This document shows positions 50,547 to 62,431 of a DNA stretch of 64,000 nucleotides, one piece after another. Within the stretch, counting starts at the first letter, position 1; the number at the start of each line of letters is the position of its first letter. The translations under genes and the position numbers were made by a program. The DNA is from a virus (taxonomy: Duplodnaviria > Heunggongvirae > Uroviricota > Caudoviricetes), in IMG/VR virus record IMGVR_UViG_2778261631_000002. One strand, written 5' to 3'. The notes below the pieces were generated by a model. It made no database searches. It was not told the origin of the DNA and worked only from the letters and a program-made list of their open reading frames with translations.

Positions 50547-51428
50547 ATGCTTTTACCCCTTTTCCCGCTACCATCGCGGCCAACTGAATTGATCCAGTTC
50601 CGTCAGCCAAATATTGCTGATGCGATGCGTTTCAACTCGATAACACCGGAGGAACAAGAACAACAGACAACGGCATATTTAAAAGCCTTGCTGGTTGAAC
50701 CCGCGAAACATGATCCCCTGACATGGACGGCGCAGGACCGGATTACCGCGTTATGGTGGATATTTACCGGCTCCCGTGAAACACCGGTCGAGACATTCAC
50801 CTACACCTGTAAACATTGCGGTAAAGAGCATTATTACGATTGCGATATGAATGCTCTGGCTGAAGATATCCAGGTCCTGGAAGTGGAACCGTTCATTGAC
50901 GATATTGAGGTGTCTGTAGAGGGAGTGCCTTATCAATGGCGTATCGTGCCGCTTGATGGTTGGGCAATGGAAATGCTGGAGATGCGCCGTGCAGCATTGC
51001 CACCTGAAGACGACGCGGAATTCAAAGAAGCGATCGTTGATTTGCGTTTTTGGGAATTCGCTTATCAGTGTGAGCTTTATAACGATGTTAGCGGTACTCG
51101 TGAAGATCAGGCTGAGCGTCGTTATGAAACGATTAAACGGATGGCCATTGATACTGAATTTATGAAGCTGGCGGCACACATCCGACTGGCTCATGAAAAG
51201 CTCGAACATGGTTTACCGTGCTACATCGATAAAGGTGAAATGCGTCTTCGTCTCCCGCCGCATAAATGCCCAAATCAGGATAAAAAGGAGTCCACAGAGG
51301 GTGCGTATACCCGTCTGTGGGTGCCCTTTCGGGCTACCGACTTCATTCCACAGGTGGGGATTGAAAAGCTATCAGACCTTAGTGTCCAACCTGGTTTTGT
51401 ATGGGGGTATACCGATTCAGGACGCTGA
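50547..51428 (+). CDS. Hypothetical tail assembly protein (293 aa)
   Basis: ORF directly upstream of sit. Confidence 0.5.
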   Translation: MLLPLFPLPSRPTELIQFRQPNIADAMRFNSITPEEQEQQTTAYLKALLVEPAKHDPLTWTAQDRITALWWIFTGSRETPVETFTYTCKHCGKEHYYDCDMNALAEDIQVLEVEPFIDDIEVSVEGVPYQWRIVPLDGWAMEMLEMRRAALPPEDDAEFKEAIVDLRFWEFAYQCELYNDVSGTREDQAERRYETIKRMAIDTEFMKLAAHIRLAHEKLEHGLPCYIDKGEMRLRLPPHKCPNQDKKESTEGAYTRLWVPFRATDFIPQVGIEKLSDLSVQPGFVWGYTDSGR

Positions 51429-51509
51429 AAGGCTTACTGAATCCTATGCGTTTTTCCTGTTGGAGAAACTGGAAGAAAAACTTAAACCGAAACGGTAGGC
51501 GATAAGATC

Positions 51510-54500
51510 ATGGAAAGAAAAAACGCCAACATTGACGATGTTATAAGGACAGTTGAAACCGCCAGCGCAAAAGAGCTGGAAGAGCTTGCAGGTATCCGGG
51601 AAGCTGTTGAAGATTTGAAAGGGGGACGCGTTGCAACTGTTGATCCTGTCTCTCGCAGTGTGTCGGCATTAAATCGCACAATCGAAAATTCACGTCCTGA
51701 CTTTGTGACCAATGCGCCATCAGTGGACCCTATTGTTGACGCAATGAAACGGCTTAATTTAGGGGACGTTTCTCGTGTAGTTCAGGAGGGCATTGCTCAA
51801 CAGGAACAGCAGGACAAATCAACTACACCAAAGGGTAAAAAACGACGCAGGAAGGCTATACCAGAGGATATAAAGGCACAACGGACCGAAGCAGCCGAAC
51901 ACGCTCGCGAAATGTTCGATCAAAAAGGCGGTGCGCAAAAAAGCCAAAACCAACGCGATGCGCGTGGTCGTTTTATTGGAAAGTCAGGGAGTAAGGCCGC
52001 AGCGGAAGATGCCCGTGCTGAACGTGCTGAAAAGGCCAGGCGCAAAGAGGATGATGAGCGTCTAAATGTTGAATCAGGTTTATTAAAAAAACTGTCAAAA
52101 GTAGCTGAAGGCATAGGTAACTCTTCAGAGACTCGTGCCGTCGATGCGTTAGGTTATGCCGTTGCTGGTCCATTGTGGGCAGCAGGGAAGGAGCTTGGCG
52201 GGATATCAAAAGAAGTTGGTGGATCGCTTAATGGTGCCAGAAAGTCTATTGCCGATGTGATTCGTGGCAATGACGATAACAGCCGTAGAAAAGGTTTTTT
52301 TAGGCGTAAATCGCAAAATAGTGCCGATGTCGTTCAGGTTAACACCCAAAAACGGACGGTTCAGGAACTTCAGGAGCAGACCAGCGAAATTAAAGAGGGC
52401 AATGACAAGATTCTCAGCGCCCTTGATCAGATAGCCAAAAACACCGGGAAAAAGAAGGGCGGCTTGCTGTCCAAACTATTTAGCCTGTTAGGGAAGGGGG
52501 CCGGTGGCGTCGCGTCGTTGTTAATGGGGCATGGCATGCTGAAAAAAGCTGGAGCACTCGCTTTTGGCGCTCTGGGGGCAAAGAAACTTGTAGGAATGCT
52601 ACGCGGTGGTGGCAAGAAGACTCTCGCCCATGAAGGTGGAGATTTGGCTGCCCGGGCAGCAGGTAAACTTGGATTAAAGGCAGTTGGTAAAGGGGCGTTA
52701 CGCGCAATTCCCCTAGTCGGCACAGTGGCTGGAGGTATTTATGATGCGGTAACCGGTTGGAATGATACAGAAGCGCAACGTCGAGCGTTTGGGCTTAAAT
52801 CAGGACAAGATCCATCATTCCAGCAAAAAGCCGCTTATACGTTAGCCAATGTTCTTGATATGGGGGGACTGGTATCTGGTATTAGCAGCGCCATTGGTGA
52901 GGTTCTCAAATCACTTGGATTTGAGGATATCGGCAATATGTTGCAATCATTTTCGACGGAAAGTATTGCCCAGGCCATTGATAGTGGGATTACCAACTTA
53001 GAAACATATATTTCTAACCTTGGCGACACCATTTCTACCAAGTTCGAAGATTACACAGCAAAGATTGGTGATGCTGTTTCAGCATGGTTTAGCGATACAT
53101 CTAATAAGCTGCTTGAAAAGCTGGATGCCATCAAAGACTTCTTTACTGTTGATAACCTGAAACAGGTTTTCAGTGATGCAATTGATAGTGCAATTGATTT
53201 CATTAAGAACCCAGGGAAACACATTAAAGAGGCGGCTGGTAATATTTGGGATGGGGTTAAAAATTTACCTGGTAAAGCATTAGATGCAGCGGTTGATGCC
53301 GTTAAAAATACCCCTGCGGCAATGATTGTATCAAAAATACCCAATCCGATCGGCGAGGCTAATGCGAAAGAAATCACTCCAGAGTTAAAAGCTCCGGTTA
53401 ATAGCCACCAGGAGACATCTGATTCTAAAACTGAATCCGATGCCAAACAGACTAATATTGTTACCCGCGTGATAAATGCGGCACTGGACACGGCGAAAGA
53501 TAGCAATAAAACAGTTAAAGAAACTGCTAATCAGATTATCAATGCAAATGCCGTAGAAACGGGCAATAGCGCGTTGCAGAAAATTGATAATGCTATTGGA
53601 CAAAATAGCTCGTCATCATCGTCGCTTAATACCACTGGCACCAGGAATGACATTCAGAAAGCAGCGGATACCTACAACAATGGCAACTTGGATGTAAAAG
53701 TCGGAAATCTTGGTGCTGAAGGTAAGGCAAATCTAGATAAGTTGGCACCGTATTTTGCTGAACTAGAGAATAAATATGGCCTTCCAGAAGGCACTCTTTA
53801 CTCGATTGCTGCAACTGAATCAGGAGGGGATCCTAACGCAAAGTCTCCGCTTACAAGATCACCAGATGGAAAGTTAAGTGGTGGCGCACTCGGGATGTTC
53901 CAGTTCACGAGTATTGCTCGTAAAGAGACTGGGATATCGGAACCGGATGCATTTGATCCTGTGAAATCGGCAGAAGCTGCGGCTCTTCTCATGAGCAAGT
54001 ATCTGAAGCAAGCCAATGGAGATTTAAACGAGGCCATAACTGCATATAACGCTGGGTTTGGCACTATTAATAAGTGGAAAAAAGGCACCGGTGACTTATC
54101 GAAAGAAAACCGTGAGTACGCGATCAAGGTCAATACTCATCGTGCTCGCTATTTAGGTGGTGACATCTATACACCTGGAGCAGGAGCACAGGGTGGGGCG
54201 CAATATGGAGTGAGGGGACCACTGCCTGATAACGCTGTTATCGATCAGTCTACTGGCCTGGCGTTTACCCCTGGTGATAGCCCGTTTGAGAAAGGCGGTC
54301 TGGTAGACAAAATAGGTAATGCTGTTGGCGTTAACGATCTGGTCAACAAATTCATGAATGGCCGGGGTATGCGTCGGGAAGTCGTTCAGGGAACGCTCGA
54401 AGAACGTGCACGAGGGAAGGGGACCGCAACAGCAGCTGGCAATGTGTATGTTGATACTCCGATGCCAGTTGAAGAGGCGCGTCCGGTGGCCAGCAACTCA

Positions 54501-54932
54501 AGTTACTTTGACCAACTCGGCGCACAAATGGGGATTGATGGACTATTCGATAAACTCCGCAATTCGCCGGGGATGCGGAAAAATAATGCGCCTGAACCAG
54601 CCTCCACGTCCCAAGTGACGACTGCCACCAACGATTTGCAGCAACCAACCGGTCGTATGCAGATAGACGGGCAGGTTATTAGTGACCTTGGCGGTTCTGG
54701 TGCCAAGCCGACAATGCAGTTGGCTGATAATACCGTTTCACTTGATGGTGAAACGAAGCGGCTGTTTGCGCAGATGACCTCATTGCTTGCCAGGATTGAA
54801 GAGCACACCAAAGACTCGGCGAAAGGCCAGGGAACTGTCGTAAAGGTCAGCACGCCTCAGCCGGGCGTTATGCGCACGGTACCACTGTCAATTGATGATC
54901 CGTTGATGAATGACTACGCGAGAGTTGATTGA
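51510..54932 (+). CDS. sit: Sit: structural injection transglycosylase / tape-measure-like protein (1140 aa)
   Basis: Gly/Ala/Lys-rich helical repeats and a C-terminal soluble lytic transglycosylase domain (...TESGGDP...GMFQF...AYNAG...); the length equals what I recall for P1 Sit. Confidence 0.8.
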   Translation: MERKNANIDDVIRTVETASAKELEELAGIREAVEDLKGGRVATVDPVSRSVSALNRTIENSRPDFVTNAPSVDPIVDAMKRLNLGDVSRVVQEGIAQQEQQDKSTTPKGKKRRRKAIPEDIKAQRTEAAEHAREMFDQKGGAQKSQNQRDARGRFIGKSGSKAAAEDARAERAEKARRKEDDERLNVESGLLKKLSKVAEGIGNSSETRAVDALGYAVAGPLWAAGKELGGISKEVGGSLNGARKSIADVIRGNDDNSRRKGFFRRKSQNSADVVQVNTQKRTVQELQEQTSEIKEGNDKILSALDQIAKNTGKKKGGLLSKLFSLLGKGAGGVASLLMGHGMLKKAGALAFGALGAKKLVGMLRGGGKKTLAHEGGDLAARAAGKLGLKAVGKGALRAIPLVGTVAGGIYDAVTGWNDTEAQRRAFGLKSGQDPSFQQKAAYTLANVLDMGGLVSGISSAIGEVLKSLGFEDIGNMLQSFSTESIAQAIDSGITNLETYISNLGDTISTKFEDYTAKIGDAVSAWFSDTSNKLLEKLDAIKDFFTVDNLKQVFSDAIDSAIDFIKNPGKHIKEAAGNIWDGVKNLPGKALDAAVDAVKNTPAAMIVSKIPNPIGEANAKEITPELKAPVNSHQETSDSKTESDAKQTNIVTRVINAALDTAKDSNKTVKETANQIINANAVETGNSALQKIDNAIGQNSSSSSSLNTTGTRNDIQKAADTYNNGNLDVKVGNLGAEGKANLDKLAPYFAELENKYGLPEGTLYSIAATESGGDPNAKSPLTRSPDGKLSGGALGMFQFTSIARKETGISEPDAFDPVKSAEAAALLMSKYLKQANGDLNEAITAYNAGFGTINKWKKGTGDLSKENREYAIKVNTHRARYLGGDIYTPGAGAQGGAQYGVRGPLPDNAVIDQSTGLAFTPGDSPFEKGGLVDKIGNAVGVNDLVNKFMNGRGMRREVVQGTLEERARGKGTATAAGNVYVDTPMPVEEARPVASNSSYFDQLGAQMGIDGLFDKLRNSPGMRKNNAPEPASTSQVTTATNDLQQPTGRMQIDGQVISDLGGSGAKPTMQLADNTVSLDGETKRLFAQMTSLLARIEEHTKDSAKGQGTVVKVSTPQPGVMRTVPLSIDDPLMNDYARVD

Positions 54933-55288
54933 TGGCCAACAATAACGAAATTGATCCTTTGCTGACGCTGGAGTTATCCGGCGTAAAAACGTATGAGTCC
55001 CAGGAGGAGGCCTGGGGCGCTCGTTTATATGAGTGGCTAAACACTTATCAGGGTGAGGTATACGGGGATCCGTCATGGGGCAATGTTTTACCGCAGTTTA
55101 AACACGAACCGACCAACTTGTCGCATGTTCAAATTGCGGTTGAGGCAATGCTGTTGCAAAAACTGACGGTAGATTTACCTGACATACCTATTTCTGGCTT
55201 GTCAGTTGCCGAGGGAGATGCTTTTGATAAGTTGAAAATATCCATTCGTATCAGGGATATAACTATCACACAGGACGTGGTGCTATGA
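54929..55288 (+). CDS. Baseplate wedge protein, gp25/gpW-like (119 aa)
   Basis: Size and position; weak similarity in pattern to the gp25 family. Confidence 0.45.
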   Translation: MMANNNEIDPLLTLELSGVKTYESQEEAWGARLYEWLNTYQGEVYGDPSWGNVLPQFKHEPTNLSHVQIAVEAMLLQKLTVDLPDIPISGLSVAEGDAFDKLKISIRIRDITITQDVVL

Positions 55289-56718
55289 GTAAAACAACAC
55301 CGACTAAAGACAGTATTCGTGCAGAGTTTGAAGAGCTTGTCGAGAAAGATTCATTCTGGTCGAAGTTTGTCGGCTCTCAATTTGTCTCGATGCTGACATT
55401 GTTTATTACCCAGATTGTCTACAGGTGCTTTCAGTATGCCGATGCGGCGCTGGCTGAAGGCTTTATATCGACCGCGACGCGGCGTTCCTCTATCCTGGCA
55501 GCGGCAGAAACGAATAGTTACGTTGGTACCAAGCCAACACCGTCATCGGGGATGATTGAGATCACTGCCACAAGTGAAGATGCCCCAGCGGTAATCCCCA
55601 AAAACATGCCTTTAATATCTGACGACCAGTACCCTTACATGACTATGGATGTATGCAGGTTGGTTGACGGCACCGGTACGGTAGAAGTGGCACAGTTGGA
55701 AATCCAGGAGGTGACATATACCGTTACGGCAGCCAAAGAATTTCTGGAAGTCGTGTTATCAAAGGCTCTCACTGCTGTCTGCTATAAGCTGGAAGTATTC
55801 GTGACGACCGATGGTAAGACCACGCAGTGGTCTTCCAGCACTATGTTCCGGTTAGCCGGTAGTAAAAGCCAGGTCTACGTTGAGTTTTATAAACCATCCG
55901 AGCAGTTGGGGGTTCGATTCGGCGATGGGCTAATTGGGCAAATACCGCCAGAAGGCTCGACAATTACGCTTAAGGTATGGTGCACCAGCGGCGATATAAC
56001 CCTGGTTGCTGGCCAAAACCTGACGCCTGTCGATTCTGCGACTAATTTAGCTAATTTGATTTCAGTTAAGACAACTACACCTATAACCGCAGGTACTGAT
56101 GCTGAAACAACGGAGATCACACGTAACCGTGCACAATATTACCTTGCCTATGATGATCAGGTCGTATGGGGCGGGGACTATACGTATTTTCTGGTTCGTA
56201 ACATCCCGGGGCTGTCCTGGGTAAAGGCATGGGGCGAAGGCCAGCAAGAGAAATTAGATGGTGCTTATAATGTTCAGAATATCAATAAGATATTTATTTC
56301 AGGATGGCATCCCAATAAAAGCCAGTCAGAGCTTGAAGAAATGATCCTAGCTGCCTTTAAGAAGGTACCGAATGAACTGAACAAGAAATTCTCGTATAAA
56401 GAGGTCAGAAAACTACCATTTAAGATAACTATCACCGGACGGATATCGGCAAGCCTGACCATTGAGAATGTAACCGATGAGCTGAAGTCGGCACTGGAAA
56501 CAAAATTTGGGCGCGACTCAACTTTCTTTGATCCGAACCGCGTCGGCAAGTACATCCTAATCAAGAAAAAAGACGTTTGGGCTTTTATCGAAACGCTGGG
56601 TTATTTCCGCGACTTTTATCTGGAATTTGTCGAGTGGAATGAGTCCAACGGCTTTTACGATTTCGTTTATCTGGATACAGAAAACTCCACCTTTAATATT
56701 TCGTATGAGGAGGAGTGA
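55285..56718 (+). CDS. Baseplate protein, gpJ-like (477 aa)
   Basis: Overlapping gene order W-J-I typical of contractile-tail baseplate modules. Confidence 0.5.
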   Translation: MSKTTPTKDSIRAEFEELVEKDSFWSKFVGSQFVSMLTLFITQIVYRCFQYADAALAEGFISTATRRSSILAAAETNSYVGTKPTPSSGMIEITATSEDAPAVIPKNMPLISDDQYPYMTMDVCRLVDGTGTVEVAQLEIQEVTYTVTAAKEFLEVVLSKALTAVCYKLEVFVTTDGKTTQWSSSTMFRLAGSKSQVYVEFYKPSEQLGVRFGDGLIGQIPPEGSTITLKVWCTSGDITLVAGQNLTPVDSATNLANLISVKTTTPITAGTDAETTEITRNRAQYYLAYDDQVVWGGDYTYFLVRNIPGLSWVKAWGEGQQEKLDGAYNVQNINKIFISGWHPNKSQSELEEMILAAFKKVPNELNKKFSYKEVRKLPFKITITGRISASLTIENVTDELKSALETKFGRDSTFFDPNRVGKYILIKKKDVWAFIETLGYFRDFYLEFVEWNESNGFYDFVYLDTENSTFNISYEEE

Positions 56719-57554
56719 TGCAGCGTTCCTGGTTTAATAACCGGCTTACATCAGCTAAGCAAAAGTCATTGCTCTATAAATCATTGGCTGATTTGGTTCA
56801 GTCAATGATGGATACCTTTGTTGACCCATGGTTGGAGCGAATTACCAACCGGAAGTCTATTTTTTCCATGAGCAAGGAGGATCTGGAGACCAGGACAAAT
56901 GAACTTGGCCAGTTCTTTACTATCAGAACGTCGAACTCATCTTCCGTTCCGATGTTGTTACAACAGCGTCTTGATGAGATTCACTTTAAGGGGACTGAAC
57001 GCCCTATAAACCAGACAATTTACCGCGAATTTAACGGTATTTCTGTTTTATGGGATCCGATATATGCACCGGTGGACCTTGAGCGTCATCCCTATGGCAC
57101 GGTTCTAATACCTGAAAGCACACTGGAGACTACCGGCGGCACATTCGGCGAGATGTTTCTGACTTCCAGAGGGATGATCAGTATTCCCATAAACGACCTG
57201 GCCCGGACAATGGGGATTACTGGCACGATAGATCAGTCCGCAATTACAGAAGAAATTCTCAGAAAGTTTAATCAGTTCGTAAAGCCTCTACTGCCACTGC
57301 ATATAGTGTTTGATGGGCTTACGCTCTATTTGTCGGTTGTTGTAAATGAACACGCCGACATGATCACTTTGAACGAGATTTCTGATACCGAAAAAGCGTA
57401 CTGCTGGTTTGAAACTTCGGATACAACTTCGCTTACTGGAGTTACGTCGATTAGCGCTCCGATCACTGCAACGCCGGGCGGCACTATTGTGAAAGCAACG
57501 CCTACGTTTGATCGCACCCGCGCAGATGATTTGCTGCTGGATAGTGATGCCTGA
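56715..57554 (+). CDS. Baseplate / tail-fibre attachment protein (279 aa)
   Basis: Last gene of the baseplate operon, followed by a terminator. Confidence 0.5.
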   Translation: MMQRSWFNNRLTSAKQKSLLYKSLADLVQSMMDTFVDPWLERITNRKSIFSMSKEDLETRTNELGQFFTIRTSNSSSVPMLLQQRLDEIHFKGTERPINQTIYREFNGISVLWDPIYAPVDLERHPYGTVLIPESTLETTGGTFGEMFLTSRGMISIPINDLARTMGITGTIDQSAITEEILRKFNQFVKPLLPLHIVFDGLTLYLSVVVNEHADMITLNEISDTEKAYCWFETSDTTSLTGVTSISAPITATPGGTIVKATPTFDRTRADDLLLDSDA

Positions 57555-57557
57555 TAA

Positions 57558-57590
57558 TCACCCCGTCCGCAGGGCGGGGTGACAAGTTAC
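57558..57590 (+). terminator. Terminator hairpin between the baseplate operon and the tail-fibre operon
   Basis: TCACCCCG-TCCGCAGGGC-CGGGGTGA followed by a T-rich stretch. Confidence 0.45.
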
Positions 57591-57632
57591 TTATCTTACA
57601 ATGAGGCTTCACAACATTGATTAGGGAAAATC

Positions 57633-58067
57633 ATGTCTGACGTCTCAACAAACCTCTATAAGAGTCAGTTGTTGGACTATTACTATCAGCGGCGCGCTGA
57701 ATCGTCCATTAACAAAGGCTCTCGATTTTTAATCAGCAAGGCCGTTTTCGGTACCAGTTCGCTGGTTACTAAGAAAGGAGATGGCACTTATGAGATTGGA
57801 GAACTGCCAAAGGCTTTCGAACTGGCAGAACTGACCAGTCAATTTTGCACCATCAACCTCGTCCCAACCTACTCAGGCGGGATAATTACTGTCCGAATGG
57901 ACCTTGATCAAAGCCAGTTGCAGGAAGGGAAAAACTACCCATTCAACACTCTGGTTGTTCTGGATAACGAGAACAAGCCAATCGCCATTATTTGTGTCCA
58001 GGAAGACTCGCTGTATGTGGGCAAAACATATACCGCAGTTATGGCCATAAACACGACTACAGCATAA
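57633..58067 (+). CDS. R: Tail-fibre operon first gene, P1 R equivalent (144 aa)
   Basis: Small ORF immediately upstream of S. Confidence 0.6.
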   Translation: MSDVSTNLYKSQLLDYYYQRRAESSINKGSRFLISKAVFGTSSLVTKKGDGTYEIGELPKAFELAELTSQFCTINLVPTYSGGIITVRMDLDQSQLQEGKNYPFNTLVVLDNENKPIAIICVQEDSLYVGKTYTAVMAINTTTA

Positions 58068-58078
58068 GGATATGCTTG

Positions 58079-61000
58079 ATGAATGACGTTACAGTTGTTA
58101 CATCGGTTACTTACCCATCATCCGAGTCGTTGGCTCTGGTGGCCGATGTGCAATACCACGAACCATATCTGTCAGCCGCGCTAAACCGAAAATTCAGGGG
58201 GATTGTTGACCCGGGATTTTATGCCGGTTTCTTACCTAAGCCAGGCGGTGGGATGAACCTGTTAATTACCTCAGTGGATGGTGATAAAACCGCAGGCGCG
58301 GCGTCGGTGGATATTGGTGAATTTTACCAGGTAACTATTCAGCAACGTAAGGATATTTCTCTTGCACTTAGTGCAGGCAAGAAATATGCAATTGTGCTGA
58401 AGGGAAGATACCTCCTTGGAGAAGATACCTACCAGGTGAATACCGCGTCACATATTCATGCGGCTGAATTTGTTGCCAGAACCTATACCGATTCATATCA
58501 GTTAGGAGATGGGGAGCTGCTTGTTTGTACGGTGAATATCCCTGCTAGTGTATCTGCCATTACCCAGGAGATGATTGATACATCCGAGCGTATCAACCGC
58601 TCGATCGGCATTGATATTTCAGACTCTGTAACCAGTACCAGAAGTGATGTTGCTGCAAGTTCGCTGGCAGTTAAAAAAGCCTACGATCTGGCGAAAAGCA
58701 AGTATACGGCACAGGATGCAAGCACAACGCAAAAGGGATTAGTTCAGCTCAGTAGCGCAACTAACAGCGACAGCGAAACAATGGCGGCTACCCCTAAAGC
58801 TGTTAAGTCTATAAAAGATCTGGCTGATACCAAAGCGCCAATAGAAAGCCCGAGTCTGACAGGAACGCCAACCGCGCCGACGGCAGCGCAAGGTACAAAT
58901 AGCACGCAGATCGCAAATACAGCCTTTGTTAAGGCAGCTATAACGGCACTTATCAACGGTGCACCTGGCACACTGGATACGCTTAAAGAAATAGCTGCTG
59001 CGATCAATAACGACCCGAATTTCAGCACAACTATCAACAATGCTCTGGCTCTTAAAGCTCCTTTAGCAAGTCCTGCATTAACGGGAATACCTACTGCGCC
59101 TACCGCTGCACAGGGTACGAATAACACGCAGATTGCTACGACCGCTTATGTAAGAGCTGCCATATCCGCATTGGTTGGTTCATCACCAGAAGCTCTTGAT
59201 ACCCTGAATGAGCTTGCCGCAGCACTTGGCAATGACCCGAACTTTGCGACAACAATGACAAATGCGCTGGCAGGCAAACAGCCTCTGGATGCAACTTTAA
59301 CCGCTCTCGCTGCCCTTGCGACTGGTGCAAACAAACTGCCTTATTTCACTGGTAAGGATACGGTAGCTCAGACTGATTTAACGTCAGTCGGTCGCGATAT
59401 TCTGGCTAAAACAAGCACACTGGCCGTTATCCAATACCTTGGTTTAAGAGAACTCGGTACCAGCGGTGAAAAGATCCCCCTGTTGAGCACGGCTAACACA
59501 TGGAGTGCGCGCCAGACTTTCAACGGCGGGATCACCGGGGCGCTGACAGGGAACGCCGACACCGCGACGAAATTAAAAACAGCCATAAACATTAATGGCG
59601 TCAGGTTCGATGGTTCGGCTGACATTACGTTGACTCCTAAAGATCTGGACGTTTACAGCAAAAGCGAAATAGACAATAAAAAAGGGATGCGAAAATACAC
59701 TTTTTCAGCGCCTGCAAATGCAGTAAGCGGTAAGTGGTATCCTATAGTCTTTCGCCGATCTGGAGGCAGTACCGATGAATTAGCCTCACGAGTTGTGATA
59801 ACTACTTATTCCTCAGCTGGCGGATACGCCATGAATAATTGTGAATTTAATGGGTTTGTTATGCCTGGCGGTTGGTCTGATCGCGGTTCATATGCGGCTG
59901 GTTTTTTCTCAATATATTCTACTGCTGAGCGAGCTATACACTCGATTATTTCAAGTGTGAAAGATGACGATTTGTGTAGTGTATTTTACGTTGAAGCCAG
60001 AGCATTTCCTATCAAGATATTTGCTGAGGAGGGCTTGAACGTAATTGTTCCAACTACTGACTATACCGTTGGTCAAGCCACCTATAAGTGGGGGGCCACA
60101 GATCCAGTAGCAGAAAGTACAAATACTCAAACCATTCTGGATTTTAAAAATGGACGTGGTTATTACTGCTCACATCAGTTTGTTTCAAGCCTTTCAGGAA
60201 ATGCAGCAACAGCAACGAAATTAGCAAGTTCAATAAACATAGGTGGTGTATCCTTTGATGGTTCAGCCGATATAGATTTGCCTGGTGTGAATACAAAAGG
60301 TAATCAAGACACTACCGGTAATGCAGCGACAGCGACCAAGTTGCAGACAGCATGTACTATCAACGGCGTCTCGTTTGATGGTTCTAAAGATATTGAACTT
60401 AACCCACGGTCTATAGGCACGATCAACTCCACAACAATGTCTTTTAGTGGTGGTGCTGGATGGTTCAAGCTGGCAACTGTAACCATGCCACAGGCCAGTT
60501 CCGTGGTTTACATAAGCCTGATTGGTGGTGCAGGGTATAACGTTGGCTCCCCGCATCAAGCAGGCATCTCTGAGCTGGTTCTGCGTGCCGGAAATGGAAA
60601 TCCAAAGGGTATTACTGGTGCATTATGGCGACGGACCTCGATTGGATTTACTAATTTTGCATGGGAGAATACATCTGGTGATACCTATGATGTTTATGTT
60701 GAAATAGGTAATTACGCCACAGGTGTTAATATTCAGTGGGATTATACCAGTAACGCCAGCGTAACGATTCATACATCACCAATTTATACAGAGAATAAAC
60801 CAACAGGCCTGACAGATGGAACTGTATATGTAATTTACAGTTCGCACATTAAACCGACTGCTGCTGATGTTGGGGCGTTGTCATTATCTGGTGGTCAATT
60901 GAATGGTGCACTGGGTATCGGAACATCCAGTGCTCTTGGCGGTAACTCGATTGTTTTGGGTGATAATGACACGGGCTTTAAACAAAATGGCGACGGTAAT

Positions 61001-61336
61001 CTGGACGTTTATGCTAATAACGTCCATGTTATGCGCTTTGTCTCCGGCAGCATTCAAAGTAATAAAACCATAAATATTACAGGGCGTGTTAACCCCTCGG
61101 ATTACGGTAACTTTGATTCTCGTTATGTAAGAGACATGCGACTTGGTGGAGCATCTACATATAAACCAGCAAATAACACCTCGACATGGACGCATCAGGC
61201 ACCATCAGGCTGCGTTTATACTGGCATTATAGTCCAGGATACCGGCTCGAATTCTGCCGATAATATTGGAGGTGTATATTACAGGCCGGTTCAGAAACAG
61301 ATTAATGGAACATGGTATAACGTGGCACAGGTTTAA
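58079..61336 (+). CDS. S: Tail fibre S: constant part (to about 59440) fused to the currently expressed variable part Sv
   Basis: About 1085-aa ORF with repeated GNA(D/A)TATKL...NINGV(R/S)FDGS(A/K)DI units; the cix site lies inside the gene. Confidence 0.8.
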   Translation: MNDVTVVTSVTYPSSESLALVADVQYHEPYLSAALNRKFRGIVDPGFYAGFLPKPGGGMNLLITSVDGDKTAGAASVDIGEFYQVTIQQRKDISLALSAGKKYAIVLKGRYLLGEDTYQVNTASHIHAAEFVARTYTDSYQLGDGELLVCTVNIPASVSAITQEMIDTSERINRSIGIDISDSVTSTRSDVAASSLAVKKAYDLAKSKYTAQDASTTQKGLVQLSSATNSDSETMAATPKAVKSIKDLADTKAPIESPSLTGTPTAPTAAQGTNSTQIANTAFVKAAITALINGAPGTLDTLKEIAAAINNDPNFSTTINNALALKAPLASPALTGIPTAPTAAQGTNNTQIATTAYVRAAISALVGSSPEALDTLNELAAALGNDPNFATTMTNALAGKQPLDATLTALAALATGANKLPYFTGKDTVAQTDLTSVGRDILAKTSTLAVIQYLGLRELGTSGEKIPLLSTANTWSARQTFNGGITGALTGNADTATKLKTAININGVRFDGSADITLTPKDLDVYSKSEIDNKKGMRKYTFSAPANAVSGKWYPIVFRRSGGSTDELASRVVITTYSSAGGYAMNNCEFNGFVMPGGWSDRGSYAAGFFSIYSTAERAIHSIISSVKDDDLCSVFYVEARAFPIKIFAEEGLNVIVPTTDYTVGQATYKWGATDPVAESTNTQTILDFKNGRGYYCSHQFVSSLSGNAATATKLASSINIGGVSFDGSADIDLPGVNTKGNQDTTGNAATATKLQTACTINGVSFDGSKDIELNPRSIGTINSTTMSFSGGAGWFKLATVTMPQASSVVYISLIGGAGYNVGSPHQAGISELVLRAGNGNPKGITGALWRRTSIGFTNFAWENTSGDTYDVYVEIGNYATGVNIQWDYTSNASVTIHTSPIYTENKPTGLTDGTVYVIYSSHIKPTAADVGALSLSGGQLNGALGIGTSSALGGNSIVLGDNDTGFKQNGDGNLDVYANNVHVMRFVSGSIQSNKTINITGRVNPSDYGNFDSRYVRDMRLGGASTYKPANNTSTWTHQAPSGCVYTGIIVQDTGSNSADNIGGVYYRPVQKQINGTWYNVAQV
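59428..59453. promoter_or_regulatory. cixL crossover site for Cin/Gin/Hin-family invertase
   Basis: TTATCCAATACC-TT-GGTTTAAGAGAA, 12-bp dyad half-sites resembling the gix/cix/hix consensus. Confidence 0.6.
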
Positions 61337-61340
61337 ATTT

Positions 61341-61868
61341 ATGCAGCATTTGATCAATATAACAGCGGGTAATCCAAAAACAGTTGAGCAATACCAGCTG
61401 ACGAAACATTTTGATGTCATCTGGTTTTTTACAGAAGACGGTAAAAACTGGTATGAGGAACAAAAGAACTTCCAGGATGGCACGATAAAATTAGCGTATG
61501 ACAAAGATAACATCATCCGCTATGTGGAAAAGGATGTAACAGCTATCAGACCGGATGGATTAAGTGTTGTTGAAGTGCCGGATATTACTGCTAACCGACG
61601 TGCCGACATTTCTGGTAACTGGATGTTTAAGGATGGCGCAGTTATTAAACGTATTTATACGGCAGAGGAATTACAGCAGCAGGTAGAAAATCAGAAAGCC
61701 AGACTTCTTGCTGATGCTGAATCAGTCATTCAACTACTAGAGCGTGCAGTAAGGCTGAATATGGCAACGGATGAGGACCACAGCCGACTGGAAGCATGGG
61801 AACGCTACAGCGTTCTTGTAAGCCGCGTGGATACGGCAAAGCCAGAATGGCCACAAAAACCTGAGTAA
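61341..61868 (+). CDS. U: Tail fibre assembly chaperone U (175 aa)
   Basis: Tfa-family pattern [15 protein letters not shown]; paralog of U'. Confidence 0.75.
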   Translation: MQHLINITAGNPKTVEQYQLTKHFDVIWFFTEDGKNWYEEQKNFQDGTIKLAYDKDNIIRYVEKDVTAIRPDGLSVVEVPDITANRRADISGNWMFKDGAVIKRIYTAEELQQQVENQKARLLADAESVIQLLERAVRLNMATDEDHSRLEAWERYSVLVSRVDTAKPEWPQKPE

Positions 61869-61895
61869 AAATAAGGCCCGATAACGGGCCTTTTC

Positions 61896-62429
61896 TCATT
61901 CTGGTTGTTCGGGAAACGTTACTGGCAGGATGGAGGTATCTGTAGATTCTACTTTCTGCGCATATAGCATCCACGCGGTTAATTTCTGTTTATTCTCATC
62001 GGAAATGATGCCCAGCCGTAGCTGTGAGTCCCACAGTTGGGTTTTATCCCTGACAAGTTGCAATAGGCTTTGCTTTTCATTTTCAGCTTGTTGCCTCTGT
62101 TCTTCCTCGGTATAAGTTCGCTTTATCACTACGCCATCTTTGAACATCCATTTACCAGAAATGTCAGCACGGCGATTTGCAGTAATGTCAGCAACCTCAA
62201 CCACACTTAAACCTTCTGGATTTATTGTAGATACGTCTTTATTTATAGCCACAATAACTCCATCTGATGTGTAAGCAATTTTTATAGTGTCATCCTGGAA
62301 GTTCTTTTGTTCCTCATACCAGTTTTTACCGTCTTCAGAATACAACCAGACAACACCAAATTGTCGCGTCAATTCATATTGTTCAACAGTTTTTGGATTA
62401 CCTGATCTGATGTTTTTTAAATGCTGCAT
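61896..62429 (-). CDS. Alternative tail fibre assembly chaperone U' (177 aa)
   Basis: Paralog of U on the opposite strand inside the invertible segment. Confidence 0.75.
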   Translation of the reverse strand: MQHLKNIRSGNPKTVEQYELTRQFGVVWLYSEDGKNWYEEQKNFQDDTIKIAYTSDGVIVAINKDVSTINPEGLSVVEVADITANRRADISGKWMFKDGVVIKRTYTEEEQRQQAENEKQSLLQLVRDKTQLWDSQLRLGIISDENKQKLTAWMLYAQKVESTDTSILPVTFPEQPE

Positions 62430-62431
62430 AA

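Noticed and set aside
59500-60400. Tandem repeats of about 40 codons inside the tail-fibre gene
   Set aside because: They are in-frame coding repeats (GNA(D/A)TATKL...FDGS(A/K)DI) typical of fibre shafts, not a separate repeat element.
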